A program made the translations under genes and the position numbers. The notes under the pieces were generated by a model that worked only from the letters and a program-made list of their open reading frames with translations, made no database searches and was not told where the DNA came from. 51,073 nt of DNA from a virus (Duplodnaviria; Caudoviricetes), in IMG/VR virus record IMGVR_UViG_3300047388_000215, positions 1 to 51,073 of that record. One strand, written 5' to 3'. Position 1 is the stretch's first letter; the number at the start of each line of letters is the position of its first letter. Below are positions 1 to 9,165 of the stretch, one piece after another.

Positions 1-7
1 CCGACCG

Positions 8-1288
8 TCAGAACGCGATGGCGTTGCTGTCGAGCTCGCCGAGCGTGGAGTTGTTGAGCGTCAGGAACGCGTACTTCGTGGCGCTTTGCAGCGTCCAGGT
101 GGTCAGCCACGTGGCCGGGGTGACGGCGTGCTCGATGCCCCGGATGAACACGTCCCGGGTGATGGTGCCGCCGCCGGGGGGCCGGCGGATGAGGGTGATC
201 CGGTCCCCGATCTCCCGGCCCAGCACCTGCGGGTACAGGGTGGCCGGGGACCGCAGCGGGTTGACGACGATCTGCGAGAACCGGTACTCCGGGTTCGTGG
301 ACTGGTACAGCACGTACTGCGCCCACGACAGCGCTGCCGCGTCGGTCTGCATGAGCAGGTCGGAGCGGTTCGGGCCGGTGTGGGTCAGGTACACAGCGGC
401 GGAGGTGGTGTCCTGGACCGTCTGCACCGCCCCGCCGACCCGGGCGGCCTGCACCAGGTTGGCCAGTTGGGTGTCGTCGTAGTCCGGGGTCACGTCGGTG
501 TACGGCAGCTCGGCGCCGCCACCATCCCCAAAGGTCGCCTGCGAGGTGGACGAGCGCGCGTCGGAGATCAGGGCCTGCCGGTTGCGGAACACGACCCGCC
601 CGGCGCCATCGACGTACAGGTCACCGATCTCGGTGTCGGCGACCAGCTGCAGCTCGGCGAGCGCGGTCCCGGACAGGGTGGTGGCCTGCAACGTGGTGTT
701 CCCGACCGCGACGGCCCGGTCGGTGGCCGGCCAGCCGACCGAGTTGAGGACCCGGGTGACGCGGGCGCCGGAGTCCTCCCCCGCGCCGACCGGCGCGGAC
801 GCGGTCCGGTCGTAGGAGGCCAGCACCTTGAACGCGTCGGTGTAGTTGAGGGTCGTCTCGGAGTACGACGGTGCCTGGTAGGTGATGGGCCAGGAGTCGG
901 CGAACCCGCGCAGCACGTCGTAGGTCGTCCCGGCCCAGGTGGCGCGGAACCGGACCGCGCGCATCGGCGTGACCTGCGTGGCGCCGGCCGCCACGTATGG
1001 GCCGGACAGGTTGGTGGGGTCGAACCGGCGATCGGAGTTGTTGAGGACCGCGCTGCCGGTGCCGGCCTCGTACCGCAGCAGCGGCCCATCCAGCCGGGAC
1101 ACCCCGCGTTTGGTGGTGAATGCCGTTGTGGCGTAGGCGGTCACGTCGGTCCACACCGCGCCGCCGGCCAGCGTGCCGGTTCCGAGCAGCCCCCGGTCAG
1201 CGTCGTTCAACGCCAGGTACGTGGAGGTGGTCGCGCCGCCGCTGAACCCGATCTCCAGGATCGGGATGGGCATGGTCACGAACGCCAC
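8..1288 (-). CDS. Minor tail protein (distal tail/baseplate-like)
   Basis: 426 aa, directly downstream of and overlapping tape measure. Thr/Ala/Gly-rich, beta-strand-type sequence typical of actinophage minor tail proteins. Confidence 0.75.
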   Translation of the reverse strand: MAFVTMPIPILEIGFSGGATTSTYLALNDADRGLLGTGTLAGGAVWTDVTAYATTAFTTKRGVSRLDGPLLRYEAGTGSAVLNNSDRRFDPTNLSGPYVAAGATQVTPMRAVRFRATWAGTTYDVLRGFADSWPITYQAPSYSETTLNYTDAFKVLASYDRTASAPVGAGEDSGARVTRVLNSVGWPATDRAVAVGNTTLQATTLSGTALAELQLVADTEIGDLYVDGAGRVVFRNRQALISDARSSTSQATFGDGGGAELPYTDVTPDYDDTQLANLVQAARVGGAVQTVQDTTSAAVYLTHTGPNRSDLLMQTDAAALSWAQYVLYQSTNPEYRFSQIVVNPLRSPATLYPQVLGREIGDRITLIRRPPGGGTITRDVFIRGIEHAVTPATWLTTWTLQSATKYAFLTLNNSTLGELDSNAIAF

Positions 1289-4200
1289 CGCGTCCCGGAA
1301 CGCTTCTCATACTCGCCGATGGCCTGCACGATCTGCCGGCCCGCCTCCGCCGGATGTCCGCCGGGGGCGATGTTGACGGTGATGTTGTAGGTGTTCCCGC
1401 CGCCGCTCCGACCGGCCACGGCACCCACTGAGGCGGGGATCTGGGGCACGATCATCCCGTCGGTCTTCGGGACGAACAGCTCCGGGCGATGCTCCCCCAC
1501 GACGTACGGCTGCCCGGCGCGTACTGGGCCGCCGCTAGCGCGGGCCTGCGGGCCGGTGCCGAGCCGGCCGACCGTGATACCGGTCGGGCTGTGCACCACC
1601 ACGTTGACCGTCGCGGTGCGGGTCCCGCCGAAGGCGTTCAGCTGGTTGATCGTCTGCTGTAGGAACTTCCGTAGTGACGAGTTCGGCGCCAGCCCTGCCG
1701 CCAGCTTGACGAGTTCCGCCCGCTCCGCCGCCGCCCCGGCCGCGGCAACGTGGGCCGATGACCCTGTCTTGTCGTTGGCCTTGGCGGCCTCTCCCGCAGC
1801 GGTCGCAGCCCCGAGTATCTGGCCCTTCAGCGCGTTCTGCTGCGCCGCGAGGGCGGCACTGGCTTCTTTGGCCTGCGTCGAGTTCTTGCCGTACCGAGCC
1901 ACCTGATCGGTGACCAGCGCCGTAGCGCTGGCTACTCCCAGTTCGCCCTGCCGGACGCTGATCTCCTGCCCGGCCAGTTGCACGCTCGAACTCGCCGCCG
2001 CGATCACCTTGTCGGTATAGTCGGCCAGGGACTGCGTGGACTTGGCGGTCGCATCCCCGAGTGCGAGTTGCAGAATCCGCTGATCCTGCAACGCCGCGTT
2101 GAACGGGATTTGCGCGGCGGCGGCTTCCGCACTCGCCGGGCCGAACTTGTGAATTGCGATCGCTAGGTTGTTCTGGGTCGCGGTGACCTGTACGCCAACC
2201 TTATCCAGTTCACTAAGCGACTGGTAGGCAGCGTCGCCGGCCTGGAATTCAGCGAGCATCGCCCGTCCAGCCGCGCCCGCTTCGCCAGAACCCTTACTGA
2301 AGTCCGACAGTGCGCTAGTGAGCCCGTCGATGGTGTGCCGGGCATCCTGCCCAGCCTGACCACCCTGATGCAGCGTGTCGTACAGCTTCTTTGCCTCCGC
2401 CGTGTTCGCGGCGGCTTCCTGCGCGTCCTTCTGGTGGGCGTAACCGACCGCCAGAACCGCGATACTGGCGGCCACTGCGGCGCCACCGAGCAGCGTGAAC
2501 GCGGTCCGACTGGCCGTCATCGCCGTCGCCCCAGCCGAGGCGGCGGTGTTCAGGTCTTTGCCGAGGGCCTGACCCAGCCGCTGCGTGACGGTGCCGGCCG
2601 CGAACGATGCCTTGTCGGCCATCGCCCCGTAGGAGGCGGTGACCTTCCCGACCACACCCGACACCGCGCTGAACCCGGAACTGGCCAGCGAAATACCCTT
2701 GATCGCCGAAGCGGCCAGCAGAGCGTCCCCGGCGAACGGAGCGAGGATCGCCGCCGCCCCGGACAGCGACGTCACCAGGACGTTCGCCGCGCCCGCCGCC
2801 CCCGCCAATGCGACCTTCAGCACCGGGAGGACGTCATGGGCGGCGTGGCCGGCGCTGGTGGCGATCCCGCCCAGCGACTGACCAAGCGACCGGGAGTTCA
2901 GCTCGAACCCTTGCGCAACCTTCGCGGTGGCGTCGATCCCGGCCCGCAGGCCGGAGTCGATCGCGTGCCCGGCGGCCTCAGCCCTGGGGGCGAGGCCCTC
3001 CAGGATGTTCCCGATCCCCCGCAACGCCGGGCCGGCAATGGCCTCGGCGGCGTGGCCTGCCAGTTCCAGCTTGCCCTGGACCCAGGTCTGGACGGCCGGG
3101 CCGAACCGCTCCACCGCCGCCTGCGCGATGGGAAAACCCTTCTCGGCCAGCGAGGTGAGCCGGTCCAGACCCCGCAGGCCGGCGTCGGCGGCGGCGGGGA
3201 GCTTGGCGGACAGCAGCCGCACGAACGCTTCGAGGTGCGGGGCTTCCTTGGTGAAGATATCGATCTTCACGGTTTCGATCTGCGACTGGAGGCCCTGGAA
3301 CGCCCCGCCGAGGCCCTTCATCTGCGCGGCGGCGACCTGCGCGGCCCCGCCCTGCCGGCCGATCGACGCCGACATCTTGTCGAACCCGGCCGCACCAGCG
3401 TTGGCCAGCACGCCGGCGGTGCGGACGGCGTCAGTGCCGAACGCGGTCGCGGCGGCGGCGTTGAACGCCTGCTTGGTCATGTGCTGCTGTGCGTCGGCGA
3501 GCTGCCCGGACAGCTTCGACAGTCCCTCGAAGTGCCCGCCCGCGTCGAACGCGGTGATGCCGAGGTGCTTGAACGCCTCCGCCGACTGCTTCGACGGGTG
3601 CACCATCGCGATCAGCGTGGTTTTGAGGCTGGTACCAGCGTCGGAGCCCTTGATCCCGGCGTTCGCCAACTCGGCCAGCGCGGTGACCGTGTCGTCCAGG
3701 GAGATCCCGAACTGGTGCGCGACCGCGGCGGACGCCTGCATGCCAAGCGCGAAGTCGGAGATGTCGCCGGTCGCCGAGTCCGCCGCGTTGGCCAGGACGT
3801 CGGCGACGTGGCCGGCCTGCGAGGCGGCCAGCCCAAAGGCGTTGAGGGCGTCGGCCTCGTCGGTGGCAGCGGTCGCCCCGTCGATCTGCGCGGCGGCGGC
3901 CAGTTGCAGGGTGCCCTTGGCGGCGGCCATCGCCTGGTCTGCGGTGAGGTTGCCCTTGGCCAGTTCGACCATCGCGTTCGCCGCGTCCGCGGCGGAGGTG
4001 GCCGGGAGGGTGAGGTCGTTACCGAGGTCGCGGGCGGTCTTGGCGACCTTGACCATCTCCGCGTCGGTGGAGTGGGTGACCGCCTGCATCGAGTTGAGCG
4101 AGGTCTGGTACTGGGTGCCGACGGTGACGACCGACTTGCCGAATCCGACCAGCGCCGCCACACCGACCACGGCGGTGGCAGTGGCCGCGACCGCCAGGCC

Positions 4201-4353
4201 CTTCATCCCGGTGCCGAGGATTCGCAGCCCACCGGCGGAGGCCCGGCCGGTGATCGACAGGTGCCCGAGGGCGTCGTCGGTGTCCTTGACGGCCTTCTTC
4301 GCGCCCTTCGCGTCGCCGAGAAGCTCGACCGTGACCCGGCGGGTACCGGCCAT
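1276..4353 (-). CDS. Tape measure protein (TP901-like core)
   Basis: 1025 aa, Ala/Gly-rich. Core 'LANAGIKGSDAGTSLKTTL...AFGTDAVR' and C-terminal 'RASGGPV...YVVGEHRPELFVP' motif. Follows the tail chaperone. Confidence 0.93.
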   Translation of the reverse strand: MAGTRRVTVELLGDAKGAKKAVKDTDDALGHLSITGRASAGGLRILGTGMKGLAVAATATAVVGVAALVGFGKSVVTVGTQYQTSLNSMQAVTHSTDAEMVKVAKTARDLGNDLTLPATSAADAANAMVELAKGNLTADQAMAAAKGTLQLAAAAQIDGATAATDEADALNAFGLAASQAGHVADVLANAADSATGDISDFALGMQASAAVAHQFGISLDDTVTALAELANAGIKGSDAGTSLKTTLIAMVHPSKQSAEAFKHLGITAFDAGGHFEGLSKLSGQLADAQQHMTKQAFNAAAATAFGTDAVRTAGVLANAGAAGFDKMSASIGRQGGAAQVAAAQMKGLGGAFQGLQSQIETVKIDIFTKEAPHLEAFVRLLSAKLPAAADAGLRGLDRLTSLAEKGFPIAQAAVERFGPAVQTWVQGKLELAGHAAEAIAGPALRGIGNILEGLAPRAEAAGHAIDSGLRAGIDATAKVAQGFELNSRSLGQSLGGIATSAGHAAHDVLPVLKVALAGAAGAANVLVTSLSGAAAILAPFAGDALLAASAIKGISLASSGFSAVSGVVGKVTASYGAMADKASFAAGTVTQRLGQALGKDLNTAASAGATAMTASRTAFTLLGGAAVAASIAVLAVGYAHQKDAQEAAANTAEAKKLYDTLHQGGQAGQDARHTIDGLTSALSDFSKGSGEAGAAGRAMLAEFQAGDAAYQSLSELDKVGVQVTATQNNLAIAIHKFGPASAEAAAAQIPFNAALQDQRILQLALGDATAKSTQSLADYTDKVIAAASSSVQLAGQEISVRQGELGVASATALVTDQVARYGKNSTQAKEASAALAAQQNALKGQILGAATAAGEAAKANDKTGSSAHVAAAGAAAERAELVKLAAGLAPNSSLRKFLQQTINQLNAFGGTRTATVNVVVHSPTGITVGRLGTGPQARASGGPVRAGQPYVVGEHRPELFVPKTDGMIVPQIPASVGAVAGRSGGGNTYNITVNIAPGGHPAEAGRQIVQAIGEYEKRSGTRWRS

Positions 4354-4370
4354 CAGTTCACCCCCCCCGG

Positions 4371-4882
4371 TCAGCGGTCAGCGGGCAGAGCGGCGATGAA
4401 GGTGGCGATCTCGGCCGGCGGCATAGAGTCGATATCCCGCCAGTCCCAGCCGGGGAAGTAGTGCGCGAGCGCCGGCAGCAACAGCCGGTACGCCCGCCTC
4501 AGGCGTTTGGGGAGACAGCCTCACCGTCGCGGACGACCGGGTCGGTCGGCGTAGAGGTCGCGGGCACCCCGTCGACGGTCGCCTGGGTGTTCAGCATGAT
4601 GCTGTCCAGTACCGCGTCCAGCGGGATGTCCTCGCCGCCGACGACCCGGGCCAGCCACACCACGATCGCGACGAGGTCAAGGTCGTAGCCGTCGCCCAGC
4701 GCGGCCATGAGCTCGTTCCAGCTCATCCCGGACTGCTTGCGCAGGGCGAGCCCGAGACGGGCCGAGATCTCCCCGACGTGGACGGTGTACGCGGTGCCGT
4801 CCATGGTGACCCGGATACCCGGGCCGACCGCCTCGGCGCGTTTCAAGTCAGCGTTCAGCGTTGCCCGTGCCTGTCCCGCCAT
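4371..4882 (-). CDS. Tail assembly chaperone G (4499-4882) and -1 frameshift-extended G-T form ending at 4371
   Basis: 127-aa ORF ends TCC CCA AAC GCC TGA. The slippery heptamer C CCA AAC (4511-4505) leads in the -1 frame to PKRLRRAYRLLLPALAHYFPGWDWRDIDSMPPAEIATFIAALPADR*. Canonical position upstream of tape measure. Confidence 0.85.
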
Positions 4883-4893
4883 CTAGTCCCCCG

Positions 4894-5325
4894 TCACTGG
4901 TTGAATGCCTTCTGGGCGATCTGGTCAAGCAGTGCGCTGTACACGAGCACCACCTGCTCGGTTTTCGCGGAGATCGCCGGGTATAGGAACGCCCGCTGCC
5001 GCACCGTGGTCCGACTGCTGCTGGCGTGCCGCCGCAGGGTGCCGCCGAACTCGGTCGGGCCGGCGTGCGGAGACCTCGCCCCACCCATCGCCACCGCGGC
5101 GCGGCGCTGTGCCTGTAATGCCTTAATGGACCGTTTGATCGGGATGATGCTGCCGCTGCCCTGGTGCGGGCCGGCGGGGGCGCGGCGGATCGCCTCGTCG
5201 GCGACGACCTGCGCGGCCTGCTTGTTGGCCTTCGCCAGCTCCTTCGGCCACGCCGCGTCGACCTGTTTCAGGTCGCGGCGGAACTGGTTCAGCCCGACGA
5301 TGGAAACCCCGAACTCGTCGGGCAT
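4894..5325 (-). CDS. HK97 gp10-like neck/tail-completion protein
   Basis: 'IVGLNQFRRDLK...EFGG...RAFLYPAI' pattern, basic, located in the tail module. Confidence 0.7.
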   Translation of the reverse strand: MPDEFGVSIVGLNQFRRDLKQVDAAWPKELAKANKQAAQVVADEAIRRAPAGPHQGSGSIIPIKRSIKALQAQRRAAVAMGGARSPHAGPTEFGGTLRRHASSSRTTVRQRAFLYPAISAKTEQVVLVYSALLDQIAQKAFNQ

Positions 5326-5745
5326 CTACGAGGTCGCCCGAGTCAGCGCCCCGGACCCGTTCCAGGAGGTGGAGGTTCCGGCGAGGTCGCCGACAGCACC
5401 GTCCATCGGCGAGTACTCCGACACCAGCACCGACCCGGAGTAGTTGGGGTTGGTCGCCGCGTTCGCCGCGTTGAACGGGTTGATCGAGATGGTGGTGACG
5501 GTGCCGAGCAGCGGCCACAGCGTCGCGTCGACCTTCGACGCGGCGTGGTCCTGCCTCCATTCGATGTCCACGGAGAAGTCGAACAGGCCGCCGGTGCGCG
5601 TCTTGTAGCCGGGCGTGGACCCGGTCTGCATGGCCGTGGTCTCCAACACGTCCGCACCGGTCTTGAGGGTGACTTTCGCAACGTGATCGGATAAATCTAC
5701 CGAATTCAGGACGAGCTTGGCATTCGTGAACGCGAACACGGCCAT
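5326..5745 (-). CDS. Major tail (tube) protein
   Basis: 139 aa 'VLNSVDLSDHV..VTL....DVLETTAM...GYKTRTGGL'. AGGAG RBS upstream; located in the tail module. Confidence 0.8.
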   Translation of the reverse strand: MAVFAFTNAKLVLNSVDLSDHVAKVTLKTGADVLETTAMQTGSTPGYKTRTGGLFDFSVDIEWRQDHAASKVDATLWPLLGTVTTISINPFNAANAATNPNYSGSVLVSEYSPMDGAVGDLAGTSTSWNGSGALTRATS

Positions 5746-5810
5746 GCGGCATCGCTCCTACACAGACAGAGGTGACGGCCGCACCCGGCCGGGAATGGAG
5801 GGGGGATCGG

Positions 5811-6545
5811 CTATCCGACGGCGAGGGATGCAGCGACGGTGAACGAACCGGTGATCGCGGTGATCCGATACCGGAACCAGTTATCGGTCAGCGCGCCCGC
5901 GGTGCGGGTCACCCAGGTACCTCCGGCGGTAGTGAGTGGGCCGATGGTCTGCACGGTGGTGGCGGAGGTGAACCCCGAGTTGTCGTCGGATTCCACCACT
6001 ACCGTGATGGTGGTTCCGGCGGAGAAGATGTGCAGCGCGCCGTACAGATACTGGGTGGCGCCGACCGCGCCGAGTTGCTGGCCAGACCCGAGGGCGCCCG
6101 TCGCCGACACCGCGGCCTTGGCTTTGGCGACCTGCCCGCGGACCATGCCGGCGGCGTTGGTGCCCATCGCGTCCACCGTGAACGGTGTCAGTTGCCCGAC
6201 CGCGCCGAACGCCTCGTAGGTGAACTGGCCCAACTGCGCGAGGTACGCCACCGACCCGACCTGGCCGTCCGGGGAGACGGTCCACACCCGGTCGACGGTG
6301 GTCAGGTTCGGGAAGATCTGCGGGTCAGGCGCCAGCAGGGTCGCGGACTGCCAGAATCCGTCCTGTGCCAGCTCCGCCGACCGCAGCCCACCGACCCTCG
6401 TCTTGTACCCGGGGCCGGTGCCGGTGACGAACACCGTCGACTCCAGCACGTCCACGTCCGCCTTCAGCACGATCTTGTTGGTGTCGCCGGTGAAGTCGTA
6501 GCCATCGCCGTAGATCGTGGCGTTGGTAAGCGCGAAGACGCCCAT
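5811..6545 (-). CDS. Second tail-tube-like protein with extra C-terminal beta domain
   Basis: N-terminus visibly paralogous to 5326-5745 (MGVFALTNA/MAVFAFTNA; DVLEST/DVLETT; PGYKTRVGGL/PGYKTRTGGL). Confidence 0.7.
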   Translation of the reverse strand: MGVFALTNATIYGDGYDFTGDTNKIVLKADVDVLESTVFVTGTGPGYKTRVGGLRSAELAQDGFWQSATLLAPDPQIFPNLTTVDRVWTVSPDGQVGSVAYLAQLGQFTYEAFGAVGQLTPFTVDAMGTNAAGMVRGQVAKAKAAVSATGALGSGQQLGAVGATQYLYGALHIFSAGTTITVVVESDDNSGFTSATTVQTIGPLTTAGGTWVTRTAGALTDNWFRYRITAITGSFTVAASLAVG

Positions 6546-6742
6546 CAGCTACCGCTCTTGCCCTCTGCGGCCGGCTTGGTCTGCTTCGCAGCCGGCTGGA
6601 CGTGCCCGCCGGAGGTCAGCGCCGCGATGTTGGTCCGCTCCGGGTCCAGGCGCACCGTGCCACCCTTGGCGACGCCCTCGCCGTCCACGCCGACGATCAG
6701 CGAGTCACCGACGACCACGAACGCCTCAGTGTTGTCCGACAT
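6545..6742 (-). CDS. Small virion-module protein (65 aa, MSDNTEAFVV...)
   Basis: ATG at 6742 with AAGGAG RBS; TGATG coupling to the next gene. Confidence 0.65.
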   Translation of the reverse strand: MSDNTEAFVVVGDSLIVGVDGEGVAKGGTVRLDPERTNIAALTSGGHVQPAAKQTKPAAEGKSGS

Positions 6743-6750
6743 CTGTCTCC

Positions 6751-7173
6751 TTACCCGGTGCCGCTGGTGTGGACGACGGCGCGGAGCGTGGCGCCGATGT
6801 GGTCGACCTGCGCGGCGGAGAACGCCAGGTTGTAGCCGGTCATCGCCGCGATGTGCGCGTCGGTATCGGTCAGCCCGAGCCCCCGGGCCGCGAAGACGGC
6901 CTGCCGGACCGACGACGACCCGGCGCCGGACACGAACAGGTCCAGCTGGGTCTGCCCGAGGCCCTCGTCGCTGGAGGACACCAGCACGAACACGTCCAAC
7001 TGCCACGTGTCGACACCCCGGCCCATCGCCACGGTGAAGTCGGCCTCGACGGGGATCACCGCGAACGCCGGCAGGTTCGGGGAGCCGGGGATGGTGTCGT
7101 AGCCGGTCAGGGCCGGGATCGCGGCGACGACGGTGTCCCGCAGCGCGGTGCGGATCTGCGCCAGCGACGCCAC
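6751..7173 (-). CDS. Tail terminator / head-tail connector
   Basis: 140 aa 'LAQIRTAL...IPGSPNLPAFAV...GQTQLDLFVS'; position between adaptor and tail tube. Confidence 0.7.
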   Translation of the reverse strand: MASLAQIRTALRDTVVAAIPALTGYDTIPGSPNLPAFAVIPVEADFTVAMGRGVDTWQLDVFVLVSSSDEGLGQTQLDLFVSGAGSSSVRQAVFAARGLGLTDTDAHIAAMTGYNLAFSAAQVDHIGATLRAVVHTSGTG

Positions 7174-7174
7174 G

Positions 7175-7867
7175 TCAGCGCCCGCTCCAGCGGCGGCCGT
7201 GGAACAGCGACTCCCGCTGCGTGTCGTAGGACAAGGTCCGGGGCCGCGTCTTCACGTACGGGCCGAGCAGGCCGGCCACGTCGGGGTCCTGCCGGGCGAT
7301 CCGCATCCCGCCGAGCTCGCCGAACCCGGCGATGCCGAAGGGGGCGTCTTTGCGGCGGAACAGGCCGACCGTGCGGAGGATCGTCGCCATCGCCACGTCG
7401 TCGGGGACCGCGGACCAGCCGTACCGGGCGGTCACCTGAACCGCGGGGAACCCGACCGTCGAGGTCGGCCACATCAGCCGGGTCCCGACCGCGGCGAGCC
7501 GCCAGAAGGCGTACGGGGTGACCGTGTCCCCGGCCGCCACCTGGTCGGCAGACAACGGTTCGGGCCGGTAGTCGGTGTTGAGCGTCCACGCGGTCTCGTA
7601 CGTGCCGTCGCCGCCGGGGTCGGTGGCGACAACCAGCCCGGTGGTGGTGGAGATGTCGTCGGTCCACACCGCCCGGGAGTCGGTGGCCCGGTACACGCGC
7701 GTGGTGACCGCGGCATCCCGCCAGAACCGGCGGAAGCACTGCTGGTCGACCTGCCGCGACGCCGCGTTGATGGCGCGCTCCAGCACGCTGGTGGACAGGG
7801 TGCTGGCACCATCGCCGAGGAAGTCCCGCACGTCCTGCACCGCACAGTAGGCGTTGGTCACCGCCAC
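7175..7867 (-). CDS. Head-to-tail adaptor (gp6-like)
   Basis: 'YCAVQDVRDFL...INAASRQVDQQCFRRFW...VQVTARYGWSAVPDDV...DPDVAGLLGPY', typical of actinophage adaptors. Confidence 0.85.
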   Translation of the reverse strand: MAVTNAYCAVQDVRDFLGDGASTLSTSVLERAINAASRQVDQQCFRRFWRDAAVTTRVYRATDSRAVWTDDISTTTGLVVATDPGGDGTYETAWTLNTDYRPEPLSADQVAAGDTVTPYAFWRLAAVGTRLMWPTSTVGFPAVQVTARYGWSAVPDDVAMATILRTVGLFRRKDAPFGIAGFGELGGMRIARQDPDVAGLLGPYVKTRPRTLSYDTQRESLFHGRRWSGR

Positions 7868-7885
7868 GACAGCTCCCCTCGCGGG

Positions 7886-8437
7886 TCAGGACAGGGCGAA
7901 GGAGTAGATGGCGGTGTTCAGCGTCGCGGCCGTCAGGTCCACCGATGCGGGGGCGGTGGTCTGGGATGCGAGGAACACGCTCCGGCGGTTCACGGTGCCC
8001 CGGTTCAGCAGCACGTCCACCGCCGCGGCGTTACCCTTCACTGTCGGCGTGGAGCCGTAGGTGGTCAGTGAGGCCACCCACACGTACCGGTCCGTCCCGG
8101 CGGCGGCGATCGACGCGCCGAGGGCCAGCGACCGCCAGCCGTTGGTGGTCATCCAGGACGCGGTGTCCGCCGAGATGCCGATCCGCGCCCCGGTGTCGTC
8201 GTACACCGCGGCCCTGGTCTCCCCGCCCGGGGTCGCGCCCGCCGTCTTCACCGCGGCCCACACGGTGGCGATGGCGTTGCCGGCCGGCACGAACACCCGC
8301 ACCAGCGCCAGCAGTCCCGAGGCGAGGGTGTAGTCGGTGTTGGCGTCGGCCGGGTCGGTGGTCCACGCCACGAACCCGTACCCGCCCGGCTGGTACAGCC
8401 CCGGCGATGCGCCGCGGGTAGCGCCGGAGACGCCCAT
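7886..8437 (-). CDS. Hypothetical virion-associated protein (183 aa)
   Basis: Translationally coupled within the head module; Ala/Thr/Gly-rich, beta-rich. Confidence 0.6.
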   Translation of the reverse strand: MGVSGATRGASPGLYQPGGYGFVAWTTDPADANTDYTLASGLLALVRVFVPAGNAIATVWAAVKTAGATPGGETRAAVYDDTGARIGISADTASWMTTNGWRSLALGASIAAAGTDRYVWVASLTTYGSTPTVKGNAAAVDVLLNRGTVNRRSVFLASQTTAPASVDLTAATLNTAIYSFALS

Positions 8438-8721
8438 CAGGCAACCCGGATGGAACCCTCGACCGCACCGGACACGATCTTGACGTAGATGCCGGTAGCC
8501 GCCCAGATCCCGTTCGGGTAGAACTCCCGGGCGGACTCGTTCGCGGCCAGCGCCACGTCATCGATCAGCGTCCCCGACGCGGCGGAGGGGTTGTCGTACA
8601 GGCGCACCACCGCGACGGCGCCGGCGGTCTCCCGGATCACGAACCCGGCATAGATCGCCGGCTTGGCGCTGACCGCCTGGTCGGTCCCGGTCAGCGCCAC
8701 CGCCCCTACCGCTGCGCGCAT
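8437..8721 (-). CDS. Small head-associated protein (94 aa, MRAAVGAVALTG...)
   Basis: ATG at 8721 overlaps the upstream TGA (TGATG); GC3-rich frame. Confidence 0.65.
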   Translation of the reverse strand: MRAAVGAVALTGTDQAVSAKPAIYAGFVIRETAGAVAVVRLYDNPSAASGTLIDDVALAANESAREFYPNGIWAATGIYVKIVSGAVEGSIRVA

Positions 8722-9128
8722 CAGCGCAGCGTGTACTGGATGACCAGCACCCCGGCGGGGATAACCAGCCCGGTGCCACCGTGGGTCTTCACCATCGACA
8801 CCGCGTCCCCGGAGGTCACCAGCAGGTTCGCGGCAGTGCCACTGAGGGTCATCGACTCGGGCGTGTCGGCCACGGAGTCGGTCGCTGACCACGCCCGGGT
8901 CGCCATCGACGTCGTCCCCGCCCCAGTCCCCTTGTTGGTGAGGGTGTAGGTCGAGAAGTTGGTCGCGTCATGGGTGATGGCCGCGTTCGGCACGAACTTG
9001 ACCCCTGTCACGGTGGCATTGAACTGCGGGTTCCACACCTGCCAGTGGTCGTCGGTGCCGGCAGTGCCCTGCGACGGCAGGTACGTCGTGTGCTGCATCG
9101 TGCCGCCGAGCTCCTTCAGCTGCGTCAT
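8721..9128 (-). CDS. Putative capsid decoration/cement protein
   Basis: 135 aa immediately downstream of the capsid gene; GAGGAGG RBS; Thr/Gly-rich beta-sandwich-like sequence. Confidence 0.6.
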   Translation of the reverse strand: MTQLKELGGTMQHTTYLPSQGTAGTDDHWQVWNPQFNATVTGVKFVPNAAITHDATNFSTYTLTNKGTGAGTTSMATRAWSATDSVADTPESMTLSGTAANLLVTSGDAVSMVKTHGGTGLVIPAGVLVIQYTLR

Positions 9129-9165
9129 TGCGGGTCCTCCTCGGACACGAGAGTGAGATTCGGGG

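Noticed and set aside
4361-4368. C8 homopolymer as a phase-variation tract
   Set aside because: Intergenic; on the minus strand it is the G-rich RBS region of tape measure.
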